Shown: positions 1 to 9,884, counted from the stretch's first letter. The stretch is 64,000 bases of DNA from an uncultured virus (IMG/VR IMGVR_UViG_3300027973_000060) (IMGVR_UViG_3300027973_000060), one strand, 5' to 3'. The notes: generated from the sequence alone by a model not told the origin. Made by a program: numbers and translations.

Positions 1-112
1 AACATTCTAAAAGGTTATCACGCACTAGAACAAAAACTCGGCTCCAAGTTCCGCCCAAGACATAAAGCCGATACAATCAAACAAGTTTGGGCAAAACATA
101 GGAAATTAGATC
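1..112 (+). repeat. 112-bp exact direct repeat, copy 1
   Basis: Identical to 37224-37335; first difference at agatcC vs agatcT. Confidence 0.95.
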
Positions 113-117
113 CATGA
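1..117 (+). CDS. 3' end of FmdB-like small protein (partial)
   Basis: Same sequence as the 3' end of 37047..37340; TGA at 115-117. Confidence 0.75.
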   Translation, partial: NILKGYHALEQKLGSKFRPRHKADTIKQVWAKHRKLDP

Positions 118-305
118 GTGATATATATATTCGTCGCGAATTAAGAGCAAAAGGGAAGCCTGTCCGGATTGATGCTGGAACAGAAGCCACCACACTGGAA
201 TTCATCACGACCGCAACTACTGGGACTTTTGTCTCTGGTACTGCGACCCTGGGAATTACGGTTCGTCTCAACGGCACTTCGTACAAGATCCCGGTCTACA
301 GCTAA
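114..305 (+). CDS. Small putative virion protein
   Basis: ATGA-coupled ORF; homolog at 37337..37528. Confidence 0.75.
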   Translation: MSDIYIRRELRAKGKPVRIDAGTEATTLEFITTATTGTFVSGTATLGITVRLNGTSYKIPVYS

Positions 306-541
306 TGTCTGCCGATTTAGATCGTTTTGGAGCTAGGAACGGTTTTACCGTTGGCACCACAGGCGTTGCCGGGCAGGCATATTGGGCAATCCAAATGCTG
401 GCCGACACGACCTTCAGCGCTATCGCAGGAGACTACGATGGCACACTGACAGGCGTGACGATCGGTTCCGGTAACATAATCTACGGACAGTTTAACAGCT
501 TCACTGCTGGAACTGGACGTGTGATTGCCTACAAGGGCTAA
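305..541 (+). CDS. Small putative virion protein
   Basis: TAATG-coupled ORF; homolog at 37528..37764. Confidence 0.75.
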   Translation: MSADLDRFGARNGFTVGTTGVAGQAYWAIQMLADTTFSAIAGDYDGTLTGVTIGSGNIIYGQFNSFTAGTGRVIAYKG

Positions 542-551
542 TTACCTATTA

Positions 552-594
552 GCAGTCAACCCGCCAAAGGTTCAAGTCCTTGGCGGGTGATTGC
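552..594 (+). other. Intergenic hairpin capped by a tRNA T-loop-like motif (GG-TTCAAGT-CC)
   Basis: Stem CCGCCAAAGG/CCTTGGCGG plus outer GCAGTCA/TGATTGC pairing; conserved at 37775-37817. Confidence 0.6.
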
Positions 595-605
595 ATTGTA
601 ATTTT

Positions 606-1040
606 ATGCCAAGATTATCTCTAGGACTAGGAGTGCAAAACATCCGCAAGGTTGGTGGTGGAGCCGCACCTAGCGGGATTCCTGTGGCGAGTACGGCTAG
701 CGTTATTATTTTAGGTGCTGGTATATATATTGGTACATATACAAAAAAAATACCAGAACAAGGCTTTCCAATTAGCAATGGACATAACTCATACATAAAA
801 ACTGGAATTTGTTATTCGTTAGGTAATTATTTATTACTTTCACCAAATGCTCAAATATGGGATGACGAAGTCGGAGCAATATTGGATTCTCCGTTTGGAG
901 CATGGAAACTAATTGACCCAAGTTTTGACCTAGATTCAGATAGTTGGGTTTATTCTGTTTACGCCTCGAATGCATCCACAGACGCAAACTACATCCCCAC
1001 ATCTGGATGGTCTCCATCAATCACCATCACCGCAGCTTGA
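606..1040 (+). CDS. Putative virion/receptor-binding protein with a variable AT-rich cassette
   Basis: N-terminus MPRLSLGLGV..GGGAAP shared with 37829; APSGIPVAST and NAST..NYIPT.GW..ITITAA shared with 38718. Confidence 0.7.
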   Translation: MPRLSLGLGVQNIRKVGGGAAPSGIPVASTASVIILGAGIYIGTYTKKIPEQGFPISNGHNSYIKTGICYSLGNYLLLSPNAQIWDDEVGAILDSPFGAWKLIDPSFDLDSDSWVYSVYASNASTDANYIPTSGWSPSITITAA

Positions 1041-1168
1041 TGAATATTCCGCTGGTCATCCTATGCCTTGCTTTTTCATCCTGCTCACCACGCAAGCAAG
1101 ATAACAATGCTTTGCCAGTCTACTCGGACATGGGTGCTACATCTGACCTTGGGGCTACTAAGCCATGA
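1040..1168 (+). CDS. Small lipoprotein (42 aa)
   Basis: MNIPLVILCLAFSSC lipobox-like signal; homolog at 39179..39316. Confidence 0.65.
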   Translation: MNIPLVILCLAFSSCSPRKQDNNALPVYSDMGATSDLGATKP

Positions 1169-1392
1169 GTGAGGAGCAAGTTTGGAGCATAGAAATCAAA
1201 TTGGCCCGGATGGAAGAGCGCCAGGTCCAGTTGTACCAAATGGTCGAGACCAGCTTGTCAAACTACGCGGATGTGGTAAATAGAGTTTCTGCCCTAGAAC
1301 ACCTCCGTTCTAGGATATTCGCAATTGCTGGGGTCGCCGGGCTACTGTTTTCCGTTGCCTGGGACCTAGTCAAAAACAGGATGAACCACTAA
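1165..1392 (+). CDS. Coiled-coil plus C-terminal TM protein (holin/XhlA-like)
   Basis: LARMEERQ coiled coil and IFAIAGVAGLLFSVAW TM segment; near-identical at 39578..39805. Confidence 0.6.
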   Translation: MSEEQVWSIEIKLARMEERQVQLYQMVETSLSNYADVVNRVSALEHLRSRIFAIAGVAGLLFSVAWDLVKNRMNH

Positions 1393-1925
1393 TGGCTACA
1401 CTCGGCACACAGACAATCAGCACAAGCTACACCCAACTCCTAAAGACGTTTGGTAGCAACATTGTCGACGGAACACTGCGAGCCGTTTCTAGTGGAGACG
1501 AGGCTGGAGTCTCGGCCCTACAGATATCGACGACAGGGGTAAAGAGCACCGGGTCGCTTGCGGTGGATGGGCTTGCCACAGTTGGTACTCTGAAAGTTGG
1601 TGCATCTGGTCCAAGCCTTACGGCGGTAACATTTGCAACCGCAGCATACACTGGCGGGACAGTATTGGATATTGACCACGCAACAACAGGATTGAATGTA
1701 AGCACTGGAACGCTTGCGGCATCTGGGGTTGTTCTTGGCGACATGGTCATTGGCAGTATAAATTCAATTGGATCTACAACTGGAGCAACGCCTGCTGGAT
1801 TATTGCAAGACTTTAGGATTGAGTCAGCGGGTGTATTGCGTTTTACAATTTTCAATTCCACCCAAACAAACGGCACAATACCAGCGGGAACAATCTTCGC
1901 AACCGCAATGAGGTTTACAACTTAA
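1392..1925 (+). CDS. Thr/Gly-rich virion (fibre-like) protein
   Basis: Both ends homologous to 39805..40680. Confidence 0.65.
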   Translation: MATLGTQTISTSYTQLLKTFGSNIVDGTLRAVSSGDEAGVSALQISTTGVKSTGSLAVDGLATVGTLKVGASGPSLTAVTFATAAYTGGTVLDIDHATTGLNVSTGTLAASGVVLGDMVIGSINSIGSTTGATPAGLLQDFRIESAGVLRFTIFNSTQTNGTIPAGTIFATAMRFTT

Positions 1926-1926
1926 T

Positions 1927-3519
1927 ATGGCAAACGTACTCGATCGCAATTTCGACTTCGCAACCAACGGCACGGTCACGGCAGCTGGTCTGCACAACCT
2001 TATCGACGAGACCAATATTTATGCCGGGCTAATCTCGACTCAGGAAGCAAAGACAACTGTAGGCACTGGAGATTTATTGCTCATTGCGGACTCGTCATCG
2101 ATAGGAAGTCCCCAGGTGGCCGCGAACCGGGTAACGGTGCAGAAACTGTTTTCCGATACACTGACCAACGGCACGTTCTCTGGCGCAACGATTACGAATG
2201 GCACGATTGCTACCCTTAACAGCACTACTGGCACGATCCCAACCCTTACCACTGGAACTACCACATCAACCAATGAAGTCGTTACGAACGGAACGATTAC
2301 AAATCTTTCCGCAACCACATCAACATTCCTTGGAACGATTACTGGATCTACAAATGTAATTAACATTGGAAGTGGGCAGATTTACAAGGCAGCGAGTGGA
2401 AATGTTGGGATTGGGACTACGAGTCCTGCCGACACAAATAATTTTGGTAGGTCTTTGGATATTAGAAGCAGTACTGGTGCGGCAACATATTTTCGAGATT
2501 CCGATGATGCCAGTAAATACTCCGTTACTGGTTTTTTTGGTGCAGACAGTAACGCTTATCTTGGCTCATGGGGAGCTAGTACTGGGGCAGTAATTTATAC
2601 ATCAGGCACAGAACGCCTCCGCATTGATTCGAGTGGCAATGTTGGGATTGGGACTAATTCTCCAGTTAATAATGGTTCCGCATATTCAACGCTATCAATA
2701 AATGGATCGACGGGTGGAGCGCAACAATTTATGACCGCTGGCTCAACAATAGCACAAATATATAATGACTCGAATGCTTTATTCATAAATGCATTCAGCG
2801 GAAAACTTACAATCTTTCAAACAGCAGGAACAGAACGCCTCCGCATTGATTCGAGTGGGAATTTGTTGGTTGGGAAAACATCACCAAGCACATCAACTGT
2901 TGGATTTCAATTTTCTCCTTCTGATAACAAAATTGCGTGTGGAGCTGCTAGTGGTCCATCTGCATTTTTTAATAGAAATACTGATGATGGAATCATAGTT
3001 CAAATTGCGCAAGATGGAACTGTTGAGGGAACAATATCAGTAAGTGGAACAACTGTTTCATATAACGGAGGCCATCTTTCGAGATTTTCGCAGTTGCCAT
3101 CTGGTCAGCGAGATCCAGCAATTAAAAAAGGAACTGTATTATCCAATCTTGACGCAATGTGTGAATGGAGAGATGCGGATGGGAACCTTCTCCCTAACGA
3201 GCAGTTAAACAAAGTTAAAATTTCAGACGTTGAAGGCGATTTGAATACAGCAGGCGTGTTTGTTAATTGGGATAATGACGATCAAGACAATCCATTTGAT
3301 CTCAATATGGCAATGACAGGAGATATGATTATCCGTATTGCTCAAGGAACAAGCGTTAATCGTGGTGATTTGTTAATGTCTGCTGGCGATGGAACCGCCA
3401 AGCCCCAAGGCGATGACATTATCCGATCCAAGACTATCGCCAAGGTTACTTCAACAAATGTAACTTGCACTTACGAGGACGGAAGCTATTGCGTCCCCTG
3501 TGTGCTGATGGCCTGCTAA
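1927..3519 (+). CDS. Tail fibre protein
   Basis: Repeats GTERLRIDSSGNVGIGT; C-terminal ...DDIIRSKTIAKVTS...YCVPCVL typical of fibre chaperone-like ends. Confidence 0.85.
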   Translation: MANVLDRNFDFATNGTVTAAGLHNLIDETNIYAGLISTQEAKTTVGTGDLLLIADSSSIGSPQVAANRVTVQKLFSDTLTNGTFSGATITNGTIATLNSTTGTIPTLTTGTTTSTNEVVTNGTITNLSATTSTFLGTITGSTNVINIGSGQIYKAASGNVGIGTTSPADTNNFGRSLDIRSSTGAATYFRDSDDASKYSVTGFFGADSNAYLGSWGASTGAVIYTSGTERLRIDSSGNVGIGTNSPVNNGSAYSTLSINGSTGGAQQFMTAGSTIAQIYNDSNALFINAFSGKLTIFQTAGTERLRIDSSGNLLVGKTSPSTSTVGFQFSPSDNKIACGAASGPSAFFNRNTDDGIIVQIAQDGTVEGTISVSGTTVSYNGGHLSRFSQLPSGQRDPAIKKGTVLSNLDAMCEWRDADGNLLPNEQLNKVKISDVEGDLNTAGVFVNWDNDDQDNPFDLNMAMTGDMIIRIAQGTSVNRGDLLMSAGDGTAKPQGDDIIRSKTIAKVTSTNVTCTYEDGSYCVPCVLMAC

Positions 3520-3522
3520 TTT

Positions 3523-3654
3523 ATGAAACTCGACCTATCCATCCAAGAAGTAAACACCATCCTCGCCTGCCTTGGTCGTGCGCCTTATGAGGCAGTGTTT
3601 GAGTTGGTAGATAAGATTCGCAGCCAAGCTAAAGAGCAGTCCGAAGCTAAATGA
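3523..3654 (+). CDS. Small tail-fibre-associated protein (43 aa)
   Basis: MKLDLSIQEVNTILACLGRAPYEAVFELVDKIRSQA...; fills the gap and is ATGA-coupled to the next gene. Confidence 0.7.
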   Translation: MKLDLSIQEVNTILACLGRAPYEAVFELVDKIRSQAKEQSEAK

Positions 3655-4349
3655 CCCTAACTGAAATCGCGCAATACGCTGGCGAGAAGGTTGGCAAGAC
3701 CGACTCGGATACGCTTACCTTCTTGCAGAAGTCGGCATCGCTAAACTACCGACGCGTGTGGAACTTTGCCCCCTGGAGGGAAAGCATCACAAACTCAACG
3801 TACTCAGTCTCAACTTCGACCAGGACGGTTACTCTCGGTTCTCTTGTGGAAAATCCTTTATCCGTAGCCTACGGAGACAGCGAACTTTTATCTGTGGATC
3901 TTCAGACAATCGTAAGCCAAGACGCTGACTTGCTTGACTCTGAAAGGACCGGGACTCCGACTCAGTATTATTTCAAGGGCCGGAATACGTCAGGGACTGC
4001 AGAGATCGACCTGTACCCACTGCTCAATACGTCCAGCACAACCACGTTGAAGGTGATAGAAAAAGTTACATGCGTTACAAGGCAGAATAATATTGTTGAG
4101 TTTCCTCCGAGTTCTTCCGCTCTTAACGACGAGTTGAGACTACCGCACGTCCAGCACGTTGTCCTAGCACTTACTCACGCCGACGCCTTGGAGCGTGAAC
4201 GTCAGTACGCCAAGGCTCAGGCAGTCGTGTCGACAGCTAATGCTGACTTAGCGCAGATGGCTCAATACGAGATGAGCCAGGTCGGGGGAATAAAGGTCAT
4301 CACACCGTCAAGTTTAGGCGAATACAGCATCACAGACATAGGGGTTTAG
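3651..4349 (+). CDS. Head-tail adaptor / tail tubular protein A-like
   Basis: Position, size and GTP..YY..IDLYP motif; homolog at 42876. Confidence 0.7.
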   Translation: MTLTEIAQYAGEKVGKTDSDTLTFLQKSASLNYRRVWNFAPWRESITNSTYSVSTSTRTVTLGSLVENPLSVAYGDSELLSVDLQTIVSQDADLLDSERTGTPTQYYFKGRNTSGTAEIDLYPLLNTSSTTTLKVIEKVTCVTRQNNIVEFPPSSSALNDELRLPHVQHVVLALTHADALERERQYAKAQAVVSTANADLAQMAQYEMSQVGGIKVITPSSLGEYSITDIGV

Positions 4350-4352
4350 TCC

Positions 4353-6203
4353 GTGCCATATTTCCAGGACAATTTAGACGAAGTCTTGTCCTTTGACGGA
4401 ATTCGCAATTTTACCGGGGGCCAGGCCAGCGGACTGCAATCTGATCTGCTTGGCGAAAATCAAGTACAACAGTTATACAACATGACCCTGTCTCCAAAGG
4501 GCAATCTTGAGACTAGGGTCGGAACTTCAAGTTTTGCCACCGGGGCAACCAGTGGGACAGGATCTATCGGTGGGATGCGGTACTACGAAACAGGATCTAC
4601 ATCGCAATTGCTTACCGTGACAAACGGAAGATTCTACAGCATCAATTCAAGCGGGAGCGCGACAATACATCCGGCAGATTCAACATGGATCGCAAACACA
4701 AGCCTGTTTGGAACGAGTACACAAAAATGGGCTAGCGGATATTCTATTGGTTCTGCCGTTGAAGTGAGCATGGCGCAATTCAATAACAAGATGTACATAG
4801 CCGACGCTGACGGTGATCTGCACTATTGGGACGGAGATGTTGTGGTTAGGCAGGCAGGAAAGGTCAGGGCAATCACGATAACCAGTGGTGGCACCGGGTA
4901 TACTAGTGCAACGGCAATCGTGACAGGACCACAGTGGGGCGGACAATTCCCTACGCTTATTACCCAGGTCGCAGGGGGCGTCGTCACAGGCGTGACTGTC
5001 GTCGAAGGAGGGTCTGGATATTCCGCAGCCCCAACGGTGACAATTATTGGGGACGGATCTGGAGCGACGGCAACGGCAACCGTTAGTCCGCCACCTCAAA
5101 ATTTGAGGCTTTTAATAAATACAGAGAACAGGCTTTTTGCGGTTGGGTCTGGAGACACTAGGAACACACTTTACGCTTCCGACATCCTAGACCCATCCGT
5201 GTGGGATACAACAAACAGCATCGTCGTGAACGGAGACGACGGAGACCAGATCACGGCAATCGTCCCATACTATAAAAACAGAATCATCGTATTTAAGAAA
5301 CGCCGAGTCTTCCAGGTGGACATTCCTAGCGACGCCACAACGGCAGCCGATTGGATCGTGTCCATCATATCGAATAACACTGGCTGCGTAGCATCCGGGA
5401 CTGCAGTCCAGGTAAGTAGCGATATCCTGTTTTTATCAGACAACGGAATTAGATCCTTAGTTCGCTCAGTTGCGGACGACTTTAGCTCGGTAGGAGTGCC
5501 AATCTCAGAAGTTGTCAAGGACGTCATCCAAACCATCAACACTGATTCAATCAGAATTTCCACAGCAATTTACTACGACAACAGATATTTCCTGGCAGTG
5601 CCAACAGGATCAAGCAACGTCAACGACACGCTTATAGTTTACAACACTGTGCTTGGCGCATTCGAGGGTACCTGGAGCCCAAGGATAATGCAGTTTACTC
5701 TTACCAACTTTAACCAGGCCGGAACCAGGGCGATGTTCAAAAAGGTAAACGGAGTTATTGAGCAATATGCAGGCTACAAGTCCCCGGCTGGAACGGTCTC
5801 GTCCGACTACCAAGATGCTGGGACAAACTACGAATCCTATGTTCGCACAAAAGATTTTAATTTTGGGGATACGTTTGCTGCCAAATATGGATCGCATTTC
5901 GAGGTAATTTTTGATGACTCGTTTTCTAGCAGTGCAAATATTTTCATTCAGAGAGATGTGGACACTGGAGACATCAGCGTTCAGTCCGGGCTGAACATTG
6001 CGAGCTCAGTGCTGACTCTTCCGTTTGTGCTCCCGGCGGCCCTTCCGACTTCAGTAAAGAAACGGATTGCAAGCGATCTTCGCAAGTACGAAAAGTGGCG
6101 CCTATTGAATATGAAGATCTCAAGCACTGCAAACAAAATGGCGATTCGCCAAATTATTGCGGCCGCTAACCCAGACACGATCGAGATTCAGAAGGTAATA
6201 TGA
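4353..6203 (+). CDS. Tail tubular protein B / nozzle (stabilisation protein)
   Basis: Beta-propeller-like 616 aa; LYASDILDP, IIVFK, GCVA and ILFLSDNGIRSL motifs. Confidence 0.75.
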   Translation: MPYFQDNLDEVLSFDGIRNFTGGQASGLQSDLLGENQVQQLYNMTLSPKGNLETRVGTSSFATGATSGTGSIGGMRYYETGSTSQLLTVTNGRFYSINSSGSATIHPADSTWIANTSLFGTSTQKWASGYSIGSAVEVSMAQFNNKMYIADADGDLHYWDGDVVVRQAGKVRAITITSGGTGYTSATAIVTGPQWGGQFPTLITQVAGGVVTGVTVVEGGSGYSAAPTVTIIGDGSGATATATVSPPPQNLRLLINTENRLFAVGSGDTRNTLYASDILDPSVWDTTNSIVVNGDDGDQITAIVPYYKNRIIVFKKRRVFQVDIPSDATTAADWIVSIISNNTGCVASGTAVQVSSDILFLSDNGIRSLVRSVADDFSSVGVPISEVVKDVIQTINTDSIRISTAIYYDNRYFLAVPTGSSNVNDTLIVYNTVLGAFEGTWSPRIMQFTLTNFNQAGTRAMFKKVNGVIEQYAGYKSPAGTVSSDYQDAGTNYESYVRTKDFNFGDTFAAKYGSHFEVIFDDSFSSSANIFIQRDVDTGDISVQSGLNIASSVLTLPFVLPAALPTSVKKRIASDLRKYEKWRLLNMKISSTANKMAIRQIIAAANPDTIEIQKVI

Positions 6204-6589
6204 CCGCTATAGAATACATTGAAGCGTCCGGGGTGCCGGAATCGCGTTGGCCGAATTTTAGGGAATGGTTCTCCTGGTACGAGCGCAACAACCTGGTCGG
6301 AGTGGTCAAGGAAGGACAAGAGGTGGTTGGAGTGGCTGTTGCGAGGGCTGTCGACGGAACGCAAGACGTTAAGCATTATGTCCATATGCCAGACGGTCAA
6401 GATGCCTATATTGACTTGACTGTGACCTCAATTGATGGTACATCTACGGCTCGTAGTCGTTTGGCTATGAAACGACTGTTGTCCATCCTGTGGGATGAAT
6501 TGGGCCCCAGAAGGAGCCTAATTTTTAGCCGGAACGGAACAAGAAAAACTTACGATTATATGAAATTTATGAAAAAGGCTTTAGTTTAA
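6200..6589 (+). CDS. GNAT-fold-like morphogenesis protein
   Basis: Sits between nozzle and ejection genes; homolog at 45434. Confidence 0.5.
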   Translation: MTAIEYIEASGVPESRWPNFREWFSWYERNNLVGVVKEGQEVVGVAVARAVDGTQDVKHYVHMPDGQDAYIDLTVTSIDGTSTARSRLAMKRLLSILWDELGPRRSLIFSRNGTRKTYDYMKFMKKALV

Positions 6590-6590
6590 C

Positions 6591-7067
6591 ATGGGTGGCG
6601 CACCTTCTATTCCTGCACCTCCTCCCCCGCCAGATCCTAGCGCGGTAGCGCAGGCCAATGCCGAGGCTTACAAGAAAAACATTGAAACGTACATGGAGAA
6701 GGCTCCCGGCATGGCCGAGCTCGAAAACAAGCTACGAATTCAGTACATGCCACAACAACGTTCCCTGGAGCGCCAATTATCAGCACTCGACCAGCAGGCT
6801 GGGGTACAGGCCGGGATGCAACTTGAGCGTCAGTACGGACCTCAACGCACTCTGGAGGGATTGCGTAGGGCGTATGAACAGAGTCCCCAGGCTTATGCCT
6901 TGAACCGTGGATTAGGCGATCAGATGACCCGCCAGTTCGAGCGTCTTTACGGAACTAGCCCATACGCATCGGTTGAAAAGAATGTGGCGAATAATCCACA
7001 ATCCGGACCATTTGATGTCTATGGCACAATCGGAACAAGCATTTCTAATCCAAATTTACAGGGATAA
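6591..7067 (+). CDS. Internal virion/ejection protein (small)
   Basis: MGG..P.PPPPPDP..VA.AN start typical of small ejection proteins; homolog at 46191. Confidence 0.65.
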   Translation: MGGAPSIPAPPPPPDPSAVAQANAEAYKKNIETYMEKAPGMAELENKLRIQYMPQQRSLERQLSALDQQAGVQAGMQLERQYGPQRTLEGLRRAYEQSPQAYALNRGLGDQMTRQFERLYGTSPYASVEKNVANNPQSGPFDVYGTIGTSISNPNLQG

Positions 7068-7069
7068 AT

Positions 7070-8908
7070 ATGGCAATAAACTACAACTCCGAGTTTACGG
7101 CAGACATGATTAAAGATCCTGATGCTCCAATCAAAAAAGAAGCTCTATCAAAAGAAAAATTCTTTTATGATGTGTATAAGCCGAGCATTGGAGGCGATGC
7201 TGGCTTATTGTCATTTTTTCCTAGTGGCGGAAGGGGTGCTGGGCAAGTTGACGGAAGCCCTAGGGTTCCAGATTATAATCAATTCTTAGCAGGATCTTCA
7301 ACTTACTCACATAGGCATGACGGCAAGGTGTACAACATGTCGGCTAAACAAGATACTAAAAAGATGTTTAATGATGCCTTTGAAAGCTACAAAACAAATC
7401 TTGAATCTGAAAATGTTTCCGCGCAGAAAAATTACGAAACTGAGCTTGGGTACAGTACGGCCGCTCGTGGATTGTCAAATATAACCAACACATCAAGAGT
7501 AAATCTTGAGCCAGTAAATCAAGCCGTTGCCGCGCTTTCGGCCAAAAGAAACTATGGAGTTTCAGATTATGCTTCTAAATTAAATTTTCAAGTTTCCGAC
7601 GAACAAATTCTTCAAGACTTAAATGCGGCAAAAATTTCTAAACTTAATAATATAGTTAATTCTGGTAATGCCCAAATTGTTGGGATTAGGCAACGCATTG
7701 ATGATGCCTCCAAATTAGTCGGAAGCTTAAAGGCTGGAGATGCTCGCAGAACAACCGCAGAGAAGGCCATCGCCTCAATGACTTCCGACTTGAATAGCGT
7801 CAACCAGGCAATATCTGAGGCAAATGAAAACATAAAAAACTATAAGCCACTTACGGCATCTGATGAGATGGGATTAAAGGATATTGTTGCTTTCCGTGAG
7901 TTTATCCAATTACCCGAAGAGCGAGCGTCACAACAGCTTTACCAGATCGATCCAGATTCTTATCGCACCGCGGTTAGCCTGGGCCAGAAGTACAGGGAAA
8001 TGGCGACTCAACCGATCGAGCCAACAACAACTCCCGAGACAGAGCAACTTCGCAGGACAATTGAGGATGAGGCAATCAACCAATTGCAACTCGGGTCGAC
8101 CATTGGTGCCGAAGAACGTCGCGGGTACGAGCAGGCAATCCGCGGGGCTCAAACTGCCCGGGGAAATATTTTCGGTCTTGGACCGGCAGTGCAAGAGGCC
8201 GCGCAGATTGGGGCAGCCGGAGAGCAACGCAAGCTGGCCAGGTTTGGGGCCGCGCAACAGTTCCTTGGTTCTGGCGAAACTTCCGGCGCAGCCAGAGCTC
8301 GGGATCTTTTACTTCGTGAAGGCATCCAGCAGAATAGGCTTGGAGCCGCGTCCGGGTTTATTGCTGGCGGACCTTCTATCTACAACCTAGCTGGCGCACG
8401 CACCGCACAGCAACAGAATGCAATACAGGGCTACATCCAAGCCAATCAAGCTCTACCTGGTGGCTTTAACCAACAGCCTTCTACGGCTTCTAACTTCTAT
8501 CAGACTGTTGATCCAGGCATTCCTGTTGCCCTTACCGGTGAATTCAACAAACTCTACAATACGCAATCTAATTACTTGGCTAATACTTATGGAGCGCAAG
8601 TTGATGCCCTATCTCGCGTTGCTGTTGCAAATTCATTTCCTAACTATCTCAGCGCTGGCGCTGACATATTTAAGGGAGTTGGATCGTTGGGCGGAACAGC
8701 AGGAATATTTGCATGCTGGGTGGCTCGCGAGGTTTATGGTGCTGACAATCCTAAGTGGCTTGAATTTAGGGAGTGGATGTTTACGAAGGCATCAGACAAC
8801 TTGAGAAACTTCTACCTCGAATATGGAGAAAGAATTGCCAAGTCAATACGCAACAAACCCAAAATAAAAGCAGTCATCCGCAAGTGGATGGACAGCAAGA
8901 TAGGATAA
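7070..8908 (+). CDS. Internal virion/ejection protein with C-terminal CWVAREVYG domain
   Basis: A/Q-rich helical protein; homolog at 46669. Confidence 0.7.
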   Translation: MAINYNSEFTADMIKDPDAPIKKEALSKEKFFYDVYKPSIGGDAGLLSFFPSGGRGAGQVDGSPRVPDYNQFLAGSSTYSHRHDGKVYNMSAKQDTKKMFNDAFESYKTNLESENVSAQKNYETELGYSTAARGLSNITNTSRVNLEPVNQAVAALSAKRNYGVSDYASKLNFQVSDEQILQDLNAAKISKLNNIVNSGNAQIVGIRQRIDDASKLVGSLKAGDARRTTAEKAIASMTSDLNSVNQAISEANENIKNYKPLTASDEMGLKDIVAFREFIQLPEERASQQLYQIDPDSYRTAVSLGQKYREMATQPIEPTTTPETEQLRRTIEDEAINQLQLGSTIGAEERRGYEQAIRGAQTARGNIFGLGPAVQEAAQIGAAGEQRKLARFGAAQQFLGSGETSGAARARDLLLREGIQQNRLGAASGFIAGGPSIYNLAGARTAQQQNAIQGYIQANQALPGGFNQQPSTASNFYQTVDPGIPVALTGEFNKLYNTQSNYLANTYGAQVDALSRVAVANSFPNYLSAGADIFKGVGSLGGTAGIFACWVAREVYGADNPKWLEFREWMFTKASDNLRNFYLEYGERIAKSIRNKPKIKAVIRKWMDSKIG

Positions 8909-8912
8909 TTTT

Positions 8913-9878
8913 ATGGCAGACAGAATTCAAAGACCATTAGTCACGATGCCCTGGAGCGAGAAGTACTATGCGGACGCAGAAAGGGCTCAGGCTGTTGAAG
9001 ATGAAGATCGTCAACTTCGCGTTGAAATGCTGAAGCAAAAACTCTATCCAGCAGACACTGCACAAAAGGCAGCGGAAGAATTAATGCAGACCACAGACTC
9101 GGCGAGAAGGGCTGCGCTAATGCAGACTCTTTACGAGACAACTGGCACAACAACAATTCCAGGAACTAGCCTGAATGTTCCAGCCGGAACACCGGAAGAG
9201 GACCAGTATAACTATCTTGAGGGCATGATGGACAGAGTTGCCAGATACGAAAGAATGGCAGGGCTAGAAACTGATCCGATCAAGAGGGACATGAAGATGA
9301 AGACAGTCGACATGGCGAAGAAGTCCATCCAGGCCAAGGGCAAGGAATTGACCGCTGCCGATGTCGCTTTCGAGATGAATGCCACCGACGCCTATAGGCT
9401 GGCAGACGAACTTGAGGACGTAGTTAAGAAATACGGCAATTACGAAATATCAAATCCAGAAGGAAGCGCGGCCCTTCGTCAGAAACCGTATTTCCTTGCA
9501 GTGGCTTTAGCCAAGGCGCTTGACCCAGGATCTGTCGCAAGAGAAAGTGAAGTCAAATCATTCCTAGAGACGATGGCATTGGGAACAAGTCCGGTTGAGG
9601 TTCCCGGATTAGATCTGCCGATTGCTGGGCCAAGAACTGCGACGACCCTCGAAGGAATTAAGATGCTCAGGAATCGGCTCGATATTAAGGCCAACGATTA
9701 CAAGAGAATTTCCGGGAGAACAATTGAATTGCCAAAGAGGAACAGGGAAGACGCAACTGCTCCGGCTCAGGCACAACAGCCGTACCAGGCCCCAATGCAA
9801 CAGCAATCGCAACCGATGAGCCCATCCGGATTTGGCGGATACGATCCTCGCACTCGAAGAGTAATTCCAAACCGTTAG
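8913..9878 (+). CDS. Internal virion/ejection protein
   Basis: AKALDPGSVARESE motif; diverged homolog at 48398. Confidence 0.65.
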   Translation: MADRIQRPLVTMPWSEKYYADAERAQAVEDEDRQLRVEMLKQKLYPADTAQKAAEELMQTTDSARRAALMQTLYETTGTTTIPGTSLNVPAGTPEEDQYNYLEGMMDRVARYERMAGLETDPIKRDMKMKTVDMAKKSIQAKGKELTAADVAFEMNATDAYRLADELEDVVKKYGNYEISNPEGSAALRQKPYFLAVALAKALDPGSVARESEVKSFLETMALGTSPVEVPGLDLPIAGPRTATTLEGIKMLRNRLDIKANDYKRISGRTIELPKRNREDATAPAQAQQPYQAPMQQQSQPMSPSGFGGYDPRTRRVIPNR

Positions 9879-9884
9879 TCGGTC

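Noticed and set aside
606..3519. Diversity-generating retroelement as the source of fibre/cassette variability
   Set aside because: No reverse transcriptase and no TR/VR pair with adenine-specific mismatches.
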